A DNA stretch of 56,337 nucleotides from Methanomicrobiales archaeon. Its GTDB lineage: Archaea > Halobacteriota > Methanomicrobia > Methanomicrobiales > Methanospirillaceae. The notes below the pieces were generated by a model. It was not told where the DNA came from. It saw only the letters and a list, made by a program, of their open reading frames with translations, and searched no databases. The DNA lies in the NCBI GenBank assembly GCA_012520015.1, contig JAAYPD010000396.1, positions 1-56,337 of the forward strand, read 5' to 3'. Position numbers and translations under genes: made by a program. Below are positions 29,200-39,258 of the stretch, in pieces. The first letter of the stretch is position 1; each line of letters opens with the position of its first letter.

Positions 29200-29630
29200 G
29201 AAGCTGTCACGGGAGATGTCACTCCAGCTGTCAGGTCTGACCAGATTATACTCATTAACAATTTTACTGAAACACAGAGCGAAATCGGTGGGAAGGCATG
29301 AGAAGCCTGATACAAGAATCCGGTTGATGAGTGGGCAATATTAAAGGCGGTACTGATTCCGGTGAAGGTGATCAGGTTCCCCACCGAACGCCGGGGATGA
29401 CCCTGGACTATTTCCCCGGAAGACCATGGGTGACCCGGAGATGAAGAGGGCATCGATACATATCGGCCAACACCAGGCAAGCAATGGATCGAACCCGGCC
29501 TGGACAGCCGATGAGAGGAGATTGGAGAAAGAGAGGACGAAGGAACAGAGGGCAGCAACCAAGGTGAGGGTTCTGGAGGCTTCCGGGACGAGTGACTCGA
29601 TTTTTTTGATGGATGGAATTGTGGGAATGG
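29200..29630 (-). pseudogene. DUF2637-like (plasmid/ICE Spd-type) membrane protein pseudogene
   Basis: Joining two frames: LVAALCSFVLSFSNL...AGF...AWCWPICIDAL / GISTAFNIAH......HAFPPISL...KLL; GGTGA SD followed by ATT instead of ATG; GC-rich. Confidence 0.55.
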
Positions 29631-29840
29631 GATCACCTGGGGGAGTTAAGAGATAATGAGTACTGGAAAGTAATCAGTAGTGGGTTTGCGAACCGGTCCG
29701 GGGAGAGAAGGCAGAAGCATCAGTGTAAGGAATTTAGGTACATATTTGTGAGGAAAGGGAAAGAGGAAGAGTGAAAAGTATCAGATCAATATCGAAAATC
29801 TTTTCATCTGTTACTCCCTATACCATCCCATTGAGGAATT

Positions 29841-30392
29841 ATGACCGCACAAATACCTGATATGATCATCTGGAAAGAGGAAGAATATGAAATCCTTGGA
29901 TATGAAGGAGGAGAGAAGGGAATTGAGTTATTCAATCCTAAAAAATTTGGATTATCGCCCCAATTCATACATACCGCCTGCGGAAGAGGATTTTATTGTA
30001 CTTATAAAATTGTGAGTGATGTTCTCTATCTGGATACATTGTGTGTAAAAGATGAACATGGTAACTACCCCACAATAAATGGGATTGATGCATCACCCGG
30101 GGAAGATTTTGCGTATGAATATCGTCATATAAATCTTCCAATACAATATTCAGGCTTAATAAGAATCGGAACAGATTTCTTAAGAGAATATTATGTTCAT
30201 ATGGGCTTTCAGAAACCATCTGCATATGGCATTGTGTGGGATATTGAGTTTTCAGAAGGGAAGATTATTGACACGAAGGATATTTCAGAGAAAGTAAAGG
30301 AGATCAGAGGTGAATATCACGATGGGTATCATAAGCGTGAATTGATTGATGGCATTTATGATGCCTTTAAAAGAGATATGGTACTAAGGTAG
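29841..30392 (+). CDS. Conserved hypothetical protein (MTAQIPD...TAC.RG(F/Y) family)
   Basis: Intact 183-aa ORF with GAGG SD. Confidence 0.7.
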   Translation: MTAQIPDMIIWKEEEYEILGYEGGEKGIELFNPKKFGLSPQFIHTACGRGFYCTYKIVSDVLYLDTLCVKDEHGNYPTINGIDASPGEDFAYEYRHINLPIQYSGLIRIGTDFLREYYVHMGFQKPSAYGIVWDIEFSEGKIIDTKDISEKVKEIRGEYHDGYHKRELIDGIYDAFKRDMVLR

Positions 30393-31347
30393 TTACCCGG
30401 TATTAAAACTGAATGTCACCTGTACCGGAAGTCCAGATAAAAGTGGGATAACATTGTAGTCCGTCATGTTCAAAATAGGAGCGAAGGAACCGGTCTGTTT
30501 TCCTTTCCCATTCTAATATTGCTTTGACTACAGGGACAACATAGACATGCTGTTTTGATAGTTCTTCGAAAAAAGTAACTTCATCCCATTGTCAGGTGAT
30601 TCATCCAGATGCTTTAGAGGCTTGCCCATAAGGCTCAGCTTCATCGGTTTTTGCAGGTTCTTCTGCGTAACCCTGACTATTTAACCGGTAATATCCCACG
30701 TTATAACTGAACATGATGACTTAAAACTCCTCCGGATTCCATAGGTGATCAGTAATACTCTCAAATATTGCTAACTAATTTGTCGGAGTAGCGTGGATGC
30801 ATTCAGTTACGATCATCGGTGAAAATATTGGATAGATGGAGGGGCATGATAGACGGGAATGTCTGATGCGGGTTAAGCAATTTGGGGATATCCATATGAC
30901 TGGATTGGATAATTGTATTGGTGGCGGGGGTTTTTGGCTGGGTGTTAAGTTGGTTACAATACCTGGCCTTGTGGCTTTTGGGCATTAATTCCTGATTTTT
31001 ACAACCACAAACTTAAAAGAGAGTTATGCATATGATCTATAGTTACAAGGATTTGATGTTTTTAGAGGAACAATACAACAGGCGATTGACCAGATACGAA
31101 ATTGTGTAAAATTTGGTTATCGGCCATGACTGATAATAATCAGGAATGTAGATCAAGTAGTGGTTGTTGAGAAAGGAAGAATTGTTTAAGAGTAGAGGCA
31201 TGAGGTTGGAGATTTTGACTGGAGGGGTATTGGGAGACGATAAAACCTGAAAGAGTACCATGAAAATTTTTGAGTTATCGAAGAATAAAGATCTTTTAAA
31301 ATAGATTTGAACAGTTATTCCAAATTATCTGAAATATAGATTGATTT

Positions 31348-33282
31348 ATGTCTGGTATAATCGGATTCAACTTTGAGGATAGAACCCTTGCACAACGTAT
31401 GTGCGATATCATGGCACACCGTGGACCGGATGGCGAAGGATACTATATCAATAAAAACATCACTCTTGGTCATCGCAGGTTGAGTATTATCGATCTAAAC
31501 ACAGGAGAGCAGCCGATTTACAACGAGGATGGAACGGTCGTCGTTGTTTATGGTGGAGAGATATATAATTACCGGGACCTTCGTTTGATGCTCGAAGGTC
31601 GGGGTCATAAATTCAAGACAGAATCAGACACCGAGGTGATTGTTCATGCATACGAGGAGTATGGTTATACTCTGTTTGTTTTTTTATTCCGTGTGTCGAT
31701 TGTTCATGCATACGAGGAGTATGGATATGACTGTGTCAGTCTCTTCAATGGTATGTTTGCGTTTGCTCTTCATGATGCAGATAGAGAGGTTCTTTTCCTT
31801 GCACGTGATAAATGTGGGATAAAACCTCTTCATTATACAATCCTTGACGATGGAACATTCCTTTTTGCTTCGGAGATAAAATCCATACTCCAGTATAAAC
31901 GGGTCCCTATTGCAATGGATCCTGATTCACTTCATTGTATCATTAATCTTCGTTATATTCCTGGAGAGAAGACAATGTTTAAAGGAATTAAAAGGCTTCT
32001 CCCGGGACATTATATTGTTCTCCATAAGAACAGAATTAATATTCAGCAATACTGGGAGCCTTCTTTTAATCCGGGGAATGGATCTGAAGAGTTTTATATC
32101 AAAAAAATCAGGACAATACTTGAAGAGTCAGTTAGACGGCATCTATTAAGTGATGTACCTGTTGGAATTATGCTGTCAGGAGGAATAGACAGCAGCTCAG
32201 TCGTTGCCCTTGCCTGCCAGATGATGGATGAGCCACCAAAAACCTTCTGCATGGGTTTTGGTCATGCAAATGATGAAATTTGTGACGCCCGACTTGTTGC
32301 AGAACACTTTGGGACGGATCACCACGAGCTTGTAATAGATGACCGCCTGCTTAGGGACTATCCGAAGATGATCTGGTATGCAGATGAACCAAAGCGTAAT
32401 CTCTATCCATTTTATGTTTCAGAGATGGTAGGGCAGCATGTAAAAACTGCACTTGGTGGTCTTGGGGCAGATGAACTCTTCGGTGGGTACATCTTTAAGT
32501 ATGATTTTGCCCGTGGAATTGAAAATATCAGGAAGAAGACTTTTTTTGAAACGAAACGAAATATTGAATCGATTGCAGAGCAATTAATCCGTTTTCAGAC
32601 TAATTATGGTAATATTGTTGAGGATGGGCACCTTGATTACCTGGAGATGATTCGCCATATCAATAGTGATGTTGATCTTTATCTTATAACCCAGACTCAG
32701 GACAAGGTTTTCCAGGGTGATTATCTTGAGAAGATTTATGGTGAACGAATGCTGGTTGAAGATTTGACAACTATTAAAGAGTTTTATCAGCCTTTTTTTG
32801 CAAATAATAAATCCTTTCTTGATAACCTGATGCTTGCTGATTTCCGTGAGAAGATGATTGATGATTTTCTTCTTGTTGATGATCGGATGAGCATGGCACA
32901 CTCTGTTGAAAGCTGGGTTCCGTTCCTGGATACAAATCTTGTTGATTTTGCTTTCACCATCCCAACATCAATGAAGATAAAGGATCCTGCCGGTAAATAT
33001 ATTTTAAAGATGGCAATGAAGGATATTCTCCCTAAGGAGGTTCTTAAGAAGAAAAAACAGGGTTTTGCGAGTGGGACATATGATGTGTATCTGAAGGAGG
33101 GAAGAGAGATGGCTGATAATATTCTCTGTGAAGGTAATCTTATCAGGGAGGGTTATATTCAAAAAGGATATATAGAGAAGATACTGAGGGCTATTCCCAA
33201 TCCCAGGTTGGATCTGCATTATGGGGTGCTCTGGAATCTGCTAACCTGTGAGATATGGTATAACATGTATATTAATAAATAG
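31348..33282 (+). CDS. Asparagine synthetase B-like amidotransferase with degenerate glutaminase site
   Basis: HRGPD, GHRRLSIID, SDTEV, GMFAF, SDVPVG.MLSGGIDSS, GADE; N-terminal Cys replaced by Ser and NGEIYN by GGEIYN. Confidence 0.88.
   Translation: MSGIIGFNFEDRTLAQRMCDIMAHRGPDGEGYYINKNITLGHRRLSIIDLNTGEQPIYNEDGTVVVVYGGEIYNYRDLRLMLEGRGHKFKTESDTEVIVHAYEEYGYTLFVFLFRVSIVHAYEEYGYDCVSLFNGMFAFALHDADREVLFLARDKCGIKPLHYTILDDGTFLFASEIKSILQYKRVPIAMDPDSLHCIINLRYIPGEKTMFKGIKRLLPGHYIVLHKNRINIQQYWEPSFNPGNGSEEFYIKKIRTILEESVRRHLLSDVPVGIMLSGGIDSSSVVALACQMMDEPPKTFCMGFGHANDEICDARLVAEHFGTDHHELVIDDRLLRDYPKMIWYADEPKRNLYPFYVSEMVGQHVKTALGGLGADELFGGYIFKYDFARGIENIRKKTFFETKRNIESIAEQLIRFQTNYGNIVEDGHLDYLEMIRHINSDVDLYLITQTQDKVFQGDYLEKIYGERMLVEDLTTIKEFYQPFFANNKSFLDNLMLADFREKMIDDFLLVDDRMSMAHSVESWVPFLDTNLVDFAFTIPTSMKIKDPAGKYILKMAMKDILPKEVLKKKKQGFASGTYDVYLKEGREMADNILCEGNLIREGYIQKGYIEKILRAIPNPRLDLHYGVLWNLLTCEIWYNMYINK
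31638..31724 (+). repeat. 27-bp direct repeat at 60-bp spacing inside asnB-like gene
   Basis: GATTGTTCATGCATACGAGGAGTATGG at 31638-31664 and 31698-31724. Confidence 0.95.
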
Positions 33283-33637
33283 TCCCGATGAATGTACTAC
33301 TTATTTCTATGTTAATGGTGATAATGTATGGAAATATTGTGGTTGTCTGAAAGGAAATTTTAAGGGTTTGTTCATAATGCATACACTACCATTCTGAATG
33401 GTGATTCATTGCGTAAGATTGAGAGATCTGTTGAACCTGAATAATGTTTGAATGTACAATTACTCTCTTTTTTTGAAAGTGTTCAACTGAACGTTGAAGG
33501 TGCTTAGTTTCAACGGTATGGGTGTTCAATATCAAACGATCAGACTGTTCAATTGGGCTGTGGTATACATCTTCTCATTTCAAACTTGACATTAAAGAGA
33601 CAATTTTAACTATTAAGTCACCAATTGTACATGAAGT

Positions 33638-34498
33638 ATGGATCTAACTCAACCTCACGACTTTTTAATAAGATGTGTAAATTGCGGATATTTTCCTCTG
33701 ACGCCCGCAGAGGAGAACAGAACCACATGTCCTAATTGTGGTTTTCTTTACGAATTAACAGAAAAATCAATAAAGTATGATTATAAAAAACTCCTTTCTA
33801 CACATTTCCCACGTGATTACCCCCTTTACTATGTATTAAACAACAATGGTTTGTTATCTTATCTATTCTGGCCAGAAGCATCAATATCCCTAACCGATAG
33901 AAAAGATGTTATGCATTTCAGAGACTACGTCGTTGCCCATTATAGAAAGGGAAATATCCTTGATATCGGTTGTGGACCCATGGAAATTCCGGGGTATCTA
34001 AACTTCAAGGATGATGAAAGCGCCTTTTATGGACTTGATCCTTTGGAAGAATCAAAATTTTTCGGATTTCTGATAAAAGGTTGTGCAGAATTTATTCCAT
34101 TCCCAGATAATTTCTTCTCAACTATAATTTTTGCAACCAGTCTGGATCATCTCTGTTCGTTAAAAGACACAATTAAAGAAATTAGGCGGATACTTATTCC
34201 TGGTGGTGTAGTAATTATCTGGTCATCAGACGTAGGGAATCCAATACTCTGGAAAATTCGAACATTCTATGGCAGATTATTTACAACATTTAAAACCGGA
34301 ACGAATGCTTTCAGATACCTATTAGCAAATGATAATTCGGTATATCTCATCCCTCCAGGTGCTGTTGATCCATTCCATAAAACCATTCTGACACCAAAAA
34401 AGATAATTAAAAGTTTTCAATTGAAGGGGTTTGAAAGTCATAACTGTACTCGAAATTTAAACTCTGATACATTTTTAACATTACGCAATACCAAATGA
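33638..34498 (+). CDS. Class I SAM-dependent methyltransferase with N-terminal Zn ribbon
   Basis: CVNC...CPNC; ILDIGCG, GLDP, AEFIPFPDN.F, EI.RIL.PGG. Confidence 0.85.
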   Translation: MDLTQPHDFLIRCVNCGYFPLTPAEENRTTCPNCGFLYELTEKSIKYDYKKLLSTHFPRDYPLYYVLNNNGLLSYLFWPEASISLTDRKDVMHFRDYVVAHYRKGNILDIGCGPMEIPGYLNFKDDESAFYGLDPLEESKFFGFLIKGCAEFIPFPDNFFSTIIFATSLDHLCSLKDTIKEIRRILIPGGVVIIWSSDVGNPILWKIRTFYGRLFTTFKTGTNAFRYLLANDNSVYLIPPGAVDPFHKTILTPKKIIKSFQLKGFESHNCTRNLNSDTFLTLRNTK

Positions 34499-34750
34499 AT
34501 CCAGAACTATCGGAAATCTTTAAAACGATGAATAAGTTAATTTTTTCCGCGTTTCGCACCCTCATGGAAATCTCAAGGGATTTTCGAGAACTCAATTTTC
34601 AATTGGTCTTATTGTATCATAATATTACTTCTCTACAAAATTATTTGGTCTTTTTAGCCAAAGGTGCAGAACCTGAATTAAATCATTAGATTTCATTCAA
34701 ATTATTAATCAACCTTATATCTATTTAAATGCAATTTATTATGGGAAAAC

Positions 34751-35656
34751 ATGAAAGTATCAGTTTTTGGAGCCTCAGGATTTGTTGGCAGAAATATGAT
34801 TAATGCATTAATCAATGAAAATTGTGAAATCGTAGCATCAGATATAAAAGAGGATGTAATTGATGATGTTCAGGTGCATCCTGCAAATATTTTAGAATAC
34901 AACCAGGTTGAAAGGATTGTTCAGGATTCTGATTATATCATACATCTTGCAGCAAGCTCTCTACCTTACTCATTAAAAAACCCTACTATCAATGCCCAGA
35001 TAAATATTGTTGGTACCCTCAATATTATGGATGCCGCCAAGGAATATGGCATTAAAAAGATGATTTTTTCCTCGGCATCATCAATTGTTGGGGATGTAAA
35101 TAAAAGCCCGGTTGATGAAGCGCATCCATGCAGCCCGAAAACACCGTATGGAGTTTCAAAATACGCCATCGAAAATTATTTGCGAGTATATAATGATATT
35201 TTCAACTTAAATTACATTGTATTCAGATTTTTCAACATTTATGGGCCGTGGCAACTTCCAGATAGCGGGGCTCTGATTCCAATGATCTACAATAAATTAA
35301 AAAATACCGGAACATTTGATATTCTTGGAGATGGAACTCAGGTAAGGGATTACGTATATGTAGGAGATATCGCTGATTTTATAATTAAAGGTATTAAAAG
35401 TGAAAATGTAAATAATGAAATCTTTAATATGGGAACGGGAACGGGAACCACGATTAAAAGAGTGATAGAAACTGCTGCTGACATTCTTAACATCTCACCG
35501 AAAATTAATTATTTGCCTCCGCGACCAGGTGAAATCGGCAACTTTGTTGCCGATACAACAAAAATGAGAAGGTTGTTCGGTTCTGCCCCAGGAACTAATC
35601 TGAAAACAGGTTTATCACAGACATATAAATGGCTTGATTCTTATTATGACTCATAA
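34751..35656 (+). CDS. NAD-dependent epimerase/dehydratase (GalE-like extended SDR)
   Basis: GASGFVG, HLAA, FSS, YGVSK, R.FNIYGP, GDG.Q.RDYVYV. Confidence 0.9.
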   Translation: MKVSVFGASGFVGRNMINALINENCEIVASDIKEDVIDDVQVHPANILEYNQVERIVQDSDYIIHLAASSLPYSLKNPTINAQINIVGTLNIMDAAKEYGIKKMIFSSASSIVGDVNKSPVDEAHPCSPKTPYGVSKYAIENYLRVYNDIFNLNYIVFRFFNIYGPWQLPDSGALIPMIYNKLKNTGTFDILGDGTQVRDYVYVGDIADFIIKGIKSENVNNEIFNMGTGTGTTIKRVIETAADILNISPKINYLPPRPGEIGNFVADTTKMRRLFGSAPGTNLKTGLSQTYKWLDSYYDS

Positions 35657-36954
35657 AAGCACAACTAAAATTTTAATAAATATACGAGATTTATTATATT
35701 TATTGTCTGTGCCATTTTTGGTGATTTATTCAATATTAATAACTAAAAAAAAATAAGTATTACATATGGTGTCCAGAACCGATAATAAATAATAAATATT
35801 GGTCCCATTCAGTAAAAAAATTAGGGTTAGAATCACTAACATTAATGGCAGGACATTATTCAATTAATAAAAAGGAAGATTTTGATTTATATTTTGAGGA
35901 TTTGGTTCCATTCTGGATACCAGGAAAAAGATTGGGCTGTCTTCTACAACCGATTTTCGCTTTTGCATTTATAATAAAAAATGCAAAAGTAGTCCATTTA
36001 CCATTTTCAGGTGGTCCACTTGGTAATTTTCCAATTTGGTGGATAGAACCATTATGTCTAAAAATTGCAAAAATTAAAATTATAATTCTCCCATATGGTT
36101 CAGATTATCAAATGTATTCTTCAATAATTGATATGTCTTGGAAATTTGGTTTATTACATTCTTATCCTGATGGAGCTATGAAAGAACAAATAATACGGGA
36201 AAAAATTAACTGCTGGAGTAAATATGCAGATTGCATAATCACAGGATTTCAATTTGATGGAATCGGACGTTGGGATTGTCTTCCTTATGCAATCTATATT
36301 ATCGATACAGATTTATGGACACCAAAAATTGAATATTCAAAAAATAACGGAGTTAACGGACCAGTAAAAATATTTCATTCCCCGAATCACAGAGGATGTA
36401 AAGGAACCGAATTCTTAATTGATGCAGTGAACAAATTACGGAATGAGGGATTGATGATTGAATTATTACTCATGGAAAAAGTTTCAAATGAAGACATTAG
36501 GAAAGTGATGCCAACAGCTGACATCCATGTTGACCAACTATTAATGGGATATGCGATGAGCGCAATCGAGGGACTTGCAACAGGTTTACCAGTATTATCC
36601 AATCTTGAAAATGAGCAAATTACAAGGGTTTTTAGACGGTTTTCATATTTAAATGAGTGTCCAATCATCTCAACAAGTCCTGAAAACCTATTAGATAATC
36701 TTCGAATTCTTATAACCAATCCGCTTATGAGAGAACAAATAGGCAAAGCCAGCAGATCCTTTGCAGAAAAGTACCATTCATATAAAACAGGGCAATATTT
36801 ATTTTCATCAGTTTACGATAAGATAATAAAAGGAGATAATATTGATCTCATGAATTTATTCCATCCAATTTTATCTGATTATGTAAAACAGTCACCAATA
36901 ATCACATCTCCCCTAAAAGAAAATAAATTACCGAAAAATGATAATAATGTTTAA
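35646..36954 (+). pseudogene. GT-B (GT4-like) glycosyltransferase, frameshifted at an A9 tract
   Basis: ATG 35646 frame stops right after A9 (35745-35753); removing one A joins it to NKYYIWCPEPIINNKYWS..MAGHYS and the 35845-36954 ORF (HSPNHRGCKGT, DQL..GY...AIEG.A.G.PV). Confidence 0.75.
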
Positions 36955-37031
36955 ATAAATTTTATGTTCAATTTTTCATATATATTTATACTCGAAAAAT
37001 GTAAATTGTTTGATTGATAAAAGGGATTATT

Positions 37032-37922
37032 ATGAATATTTTAATAACAGGAAGCACAGGTCTATTAGGAAGAGAATTAACAGATGAGCTCTCAAAAAAC
37101 CATACAGTATATGCATTGGTTCGAAACGAAGAAAAGTCAGTTATTTGGAATGATAAAAAAAATGTAATTCCAATAGTTTATGACTTATCAGCGAACGATG
37201 GAAATGGTTTGCCAGATCAGATCGATGTAATTTATTATCTTGCGCAAAGTCGCCAATTTAGAGACTTTCCTGGAGGGACTATGGACACAATTATCATAAA
37301 TACCGTCGCTCCGGTATTTTTAGCTCATTGGGGTCTATCTCATGGTGTAAAATCCTTTTATTATGCCTCTACTGGGAGTGTTTATTCCCCATCACCAGAA
37401 CCACTTCATGAATTATCGAATATCTCAATCACAAACCCACATGGAATGTACCCAGATAGTAAAATTGCAGCGGAAATTCTATTACGGAATTTTCAATCAC
37501 TATTTACATCTTTTGCAATTATTCGTCCATTTTTTATATATGGCCCTTTACAGGAACAAGGAATGCTCATTCCACGGTTAATAAAGAATATTGACATTGG
37601 GGAGAAAGTCACCATATCAGGAGATGATGGATTCAAATTCAATCCAATATATGTTTCCGATGCAGCTCACGCATGTGTTCAATTGTTGAAAATAAAGACA
37701 AATAATATCATAAATATTGCTGGATCAGAAATAATTACTTTTGGAGAATTGATCAGAACAATTAGTAAAAAAATAAACAAAAAACCCACAATAGAGAGAG
37801 ATCCCAACCCAGTAAATGATTTGATCGCTGATAACCAGTTCATGATAGAGAATTTAGCCAAACCTGTCGTAACGTTAGATGAAGGATTAACTACAACAAT
37901 TAAGCAAGTATTAGGTAGATAA
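37032..37922 (+). CDS. NAD-dependent epimerase/dehydratase
   Basis: ILITGSTGLLG, STGSVY, YPDSK, RPFFIYGP, NPIYVSDAA. Confidence 0.88.
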   Translation: MNILITGSTGLLGRELTDELSKNHTVYALVRNEEKSVIWNDKKNVIPIVYDLSANDGNGLPDQIDVIYYLAQSRQFRDFPGGTMDTIIINTVAPVFLAHWGLSHGVKSFYYASTGSVYSPSPEPLHELSNISITNPHGMYPDSKIAAEILLRNFQSLFTSFAIIRPFFIYGPLQEQGMLIPRLIKNIDIGEKVTISGDDGFKFNPIYVSDAAHACVQLLKIKTNNIINIAGSEIITFGELIRTISKKINKKPTIERDPNPVNDLIADNQFMIENLAKPVVTLDEGLTTTIKQVLGR

Positions 37923-37925
37923 TTA

Positions 37926-39029
37926 ATGAAAATCCTTCATCTTCCCACTTCGACAGGTGGTAATTCCTGGGGTTTATCCCAGGCTGAGCGAAGGCTGGGT
38001 CATACAAGCCAGGTGCTAATTGCAGATAGCAATCCTTATAAATACAAAGCAGATATAGAAATTCCTTTTCCAACACAACTCGTAGGAAGAAACGAACCCC
38101 TCTCAAAATCTGAAATACAATACAAATTACATAAAATACGTACATTTATGAAAATTCGTTCACGATATGATGTTTTTCATTTTAATTTTGGTCGAACCCT
38201 TTTTGACTTTCCAAGTTTGGGTATTGAACATCTTGAACTTCCATTTTACTCAAACAAATCAAAGATTGTTGTAACATACAATGGATGTGACGCAAGACAG
38301 AAAGATTGGACGATAAATCATCGCTCAATTTCTCCTTGTCACCACGATAACTGTTATGGGGGATGGTGCAATGATGTCAGTAGAGATATTCAAAAGAGGA
38401 AACGAATCGCAAAATTTGCTAAATACGCGAAACACTTTTTTGCACTCAATCCTGATCTCTTACATTTTTTGCCAGAAGAAAAATCCTCTTTTATGCCTTA
38501 TACAATTCACAACCAAGGTTTAATAGACAACAATAAAAATAATCCAGTTGATAAGGATAAAATAACCATAGTCCATGCCCCAACCGAGCCAGTTGCGAAA
38601 GGGACACCATATCTATTAAAGGCAATTGAGAGCTTAAAAGAAAAGCACAACAATTCTTTCGATTTTATCCTGATCCAGAATATGCCCCATGAAGAAGCTA
38701 TGAGAATGTATCAAAAAGCTGATTTAATCATAGATCAGTTACTTGCGGGATGGTATGGAGCATTTGCCATAGAAGCTATGTCCATGGGAAAAGCAGTGGC
38801 ATCGTTTATCAGGGAGGAAGACCTGGTATACATACCGGATAAAATGGCTGATGATTTGAAGAATTCAATGATCAACGTATCAATTGATAATATTGAATCA
38901 AATATTGAATATTTTATTGAAGATCCAGATTCATTAAAGAGTTATATGAAAAATGGACATAAATATGCAAATAACTGGCATGATCCTATAAAAATTGCCA
39001 GAGAGGCCCTGACATATTATCAAACATAG
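37926..39029 (+). CDS. GT-B (GT4-like) glycosyltransferase
   Basis: IVHAPT....KGT, ADLIIDQL..GWYG.FAIEAMSMGK; related to 35646-36954. Confidence 0.82.
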   Translation: MKILHLPTSTGGNSWGLSQAERRLGHTSQVLIADSNPYKYKADIEIPFPTQLVGRNEPLSKSEIQYKLHKIRTFMKIRSRYDVFHFNFGRTLFDFPSLGIEHLELPFYSNKSKIVVTYNGCDARQKDWTINHRSISPCHHDNCYGGWCNDVSRDIQKRKRIAKFAKYAKHFFALNPDLLHFLPEEKSSFMPYTIHNQGLIDNNKNNPVDKDKITIVHAPTEPVAKGTPYLLKAIESLKEKHNNSFDFILIQNMPHEEAMRMYQKADLIIDQLLAGWYGAFAIEAMSMGKAVASFIREEDLVYIPDKMADDLKNSMINVSIDNIESNIEYFIEDPDSLKSYMKNGHKYANNWHDPIKIAREALTYYQT

Positions 39030-39258
39030 AAGTCGATGAACAACACACAACCAAAAAATAGTTTTACAGCTTTCAGATTAATACATGTTTTTAAATAGAG
39101 AAAAATATATAGCGAAATTTTTGCTTATGATTTGTGGTGAGCAACAATTTAGAATGAAGCAAGATTTTTTGATTCTTATAAAATATATGCTTGAAAAAAT
39201 GATCGCCGATTAAGCAGATATTATCTATTTTAATTTAATATAAAAATGAAGGTTAACT

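Noticed and set aside
28704-29636. 310-aa ORF as a single gene
   Set aside because: Chimera of an off-frame segment, part of the DUF2637-like relic and an IS1634 transposase fragment
18493-31300. Intact provirus or ICE at tRNA-Gly
   Set aside because: No integrase, capsid, replication gene or attR copy detected in the window
33425-33555. Possible CRISPR array
   Set aside because: Motifs are only 6-7 bp, in mixed orientation and irregularly spaced; no cas genes in the window
34495-34689. 64-aa ORF overlapping the methyltransferase stop
   Set aside because: ATGA coupling is suggestive, but there is no recognisable motif, so it was not called
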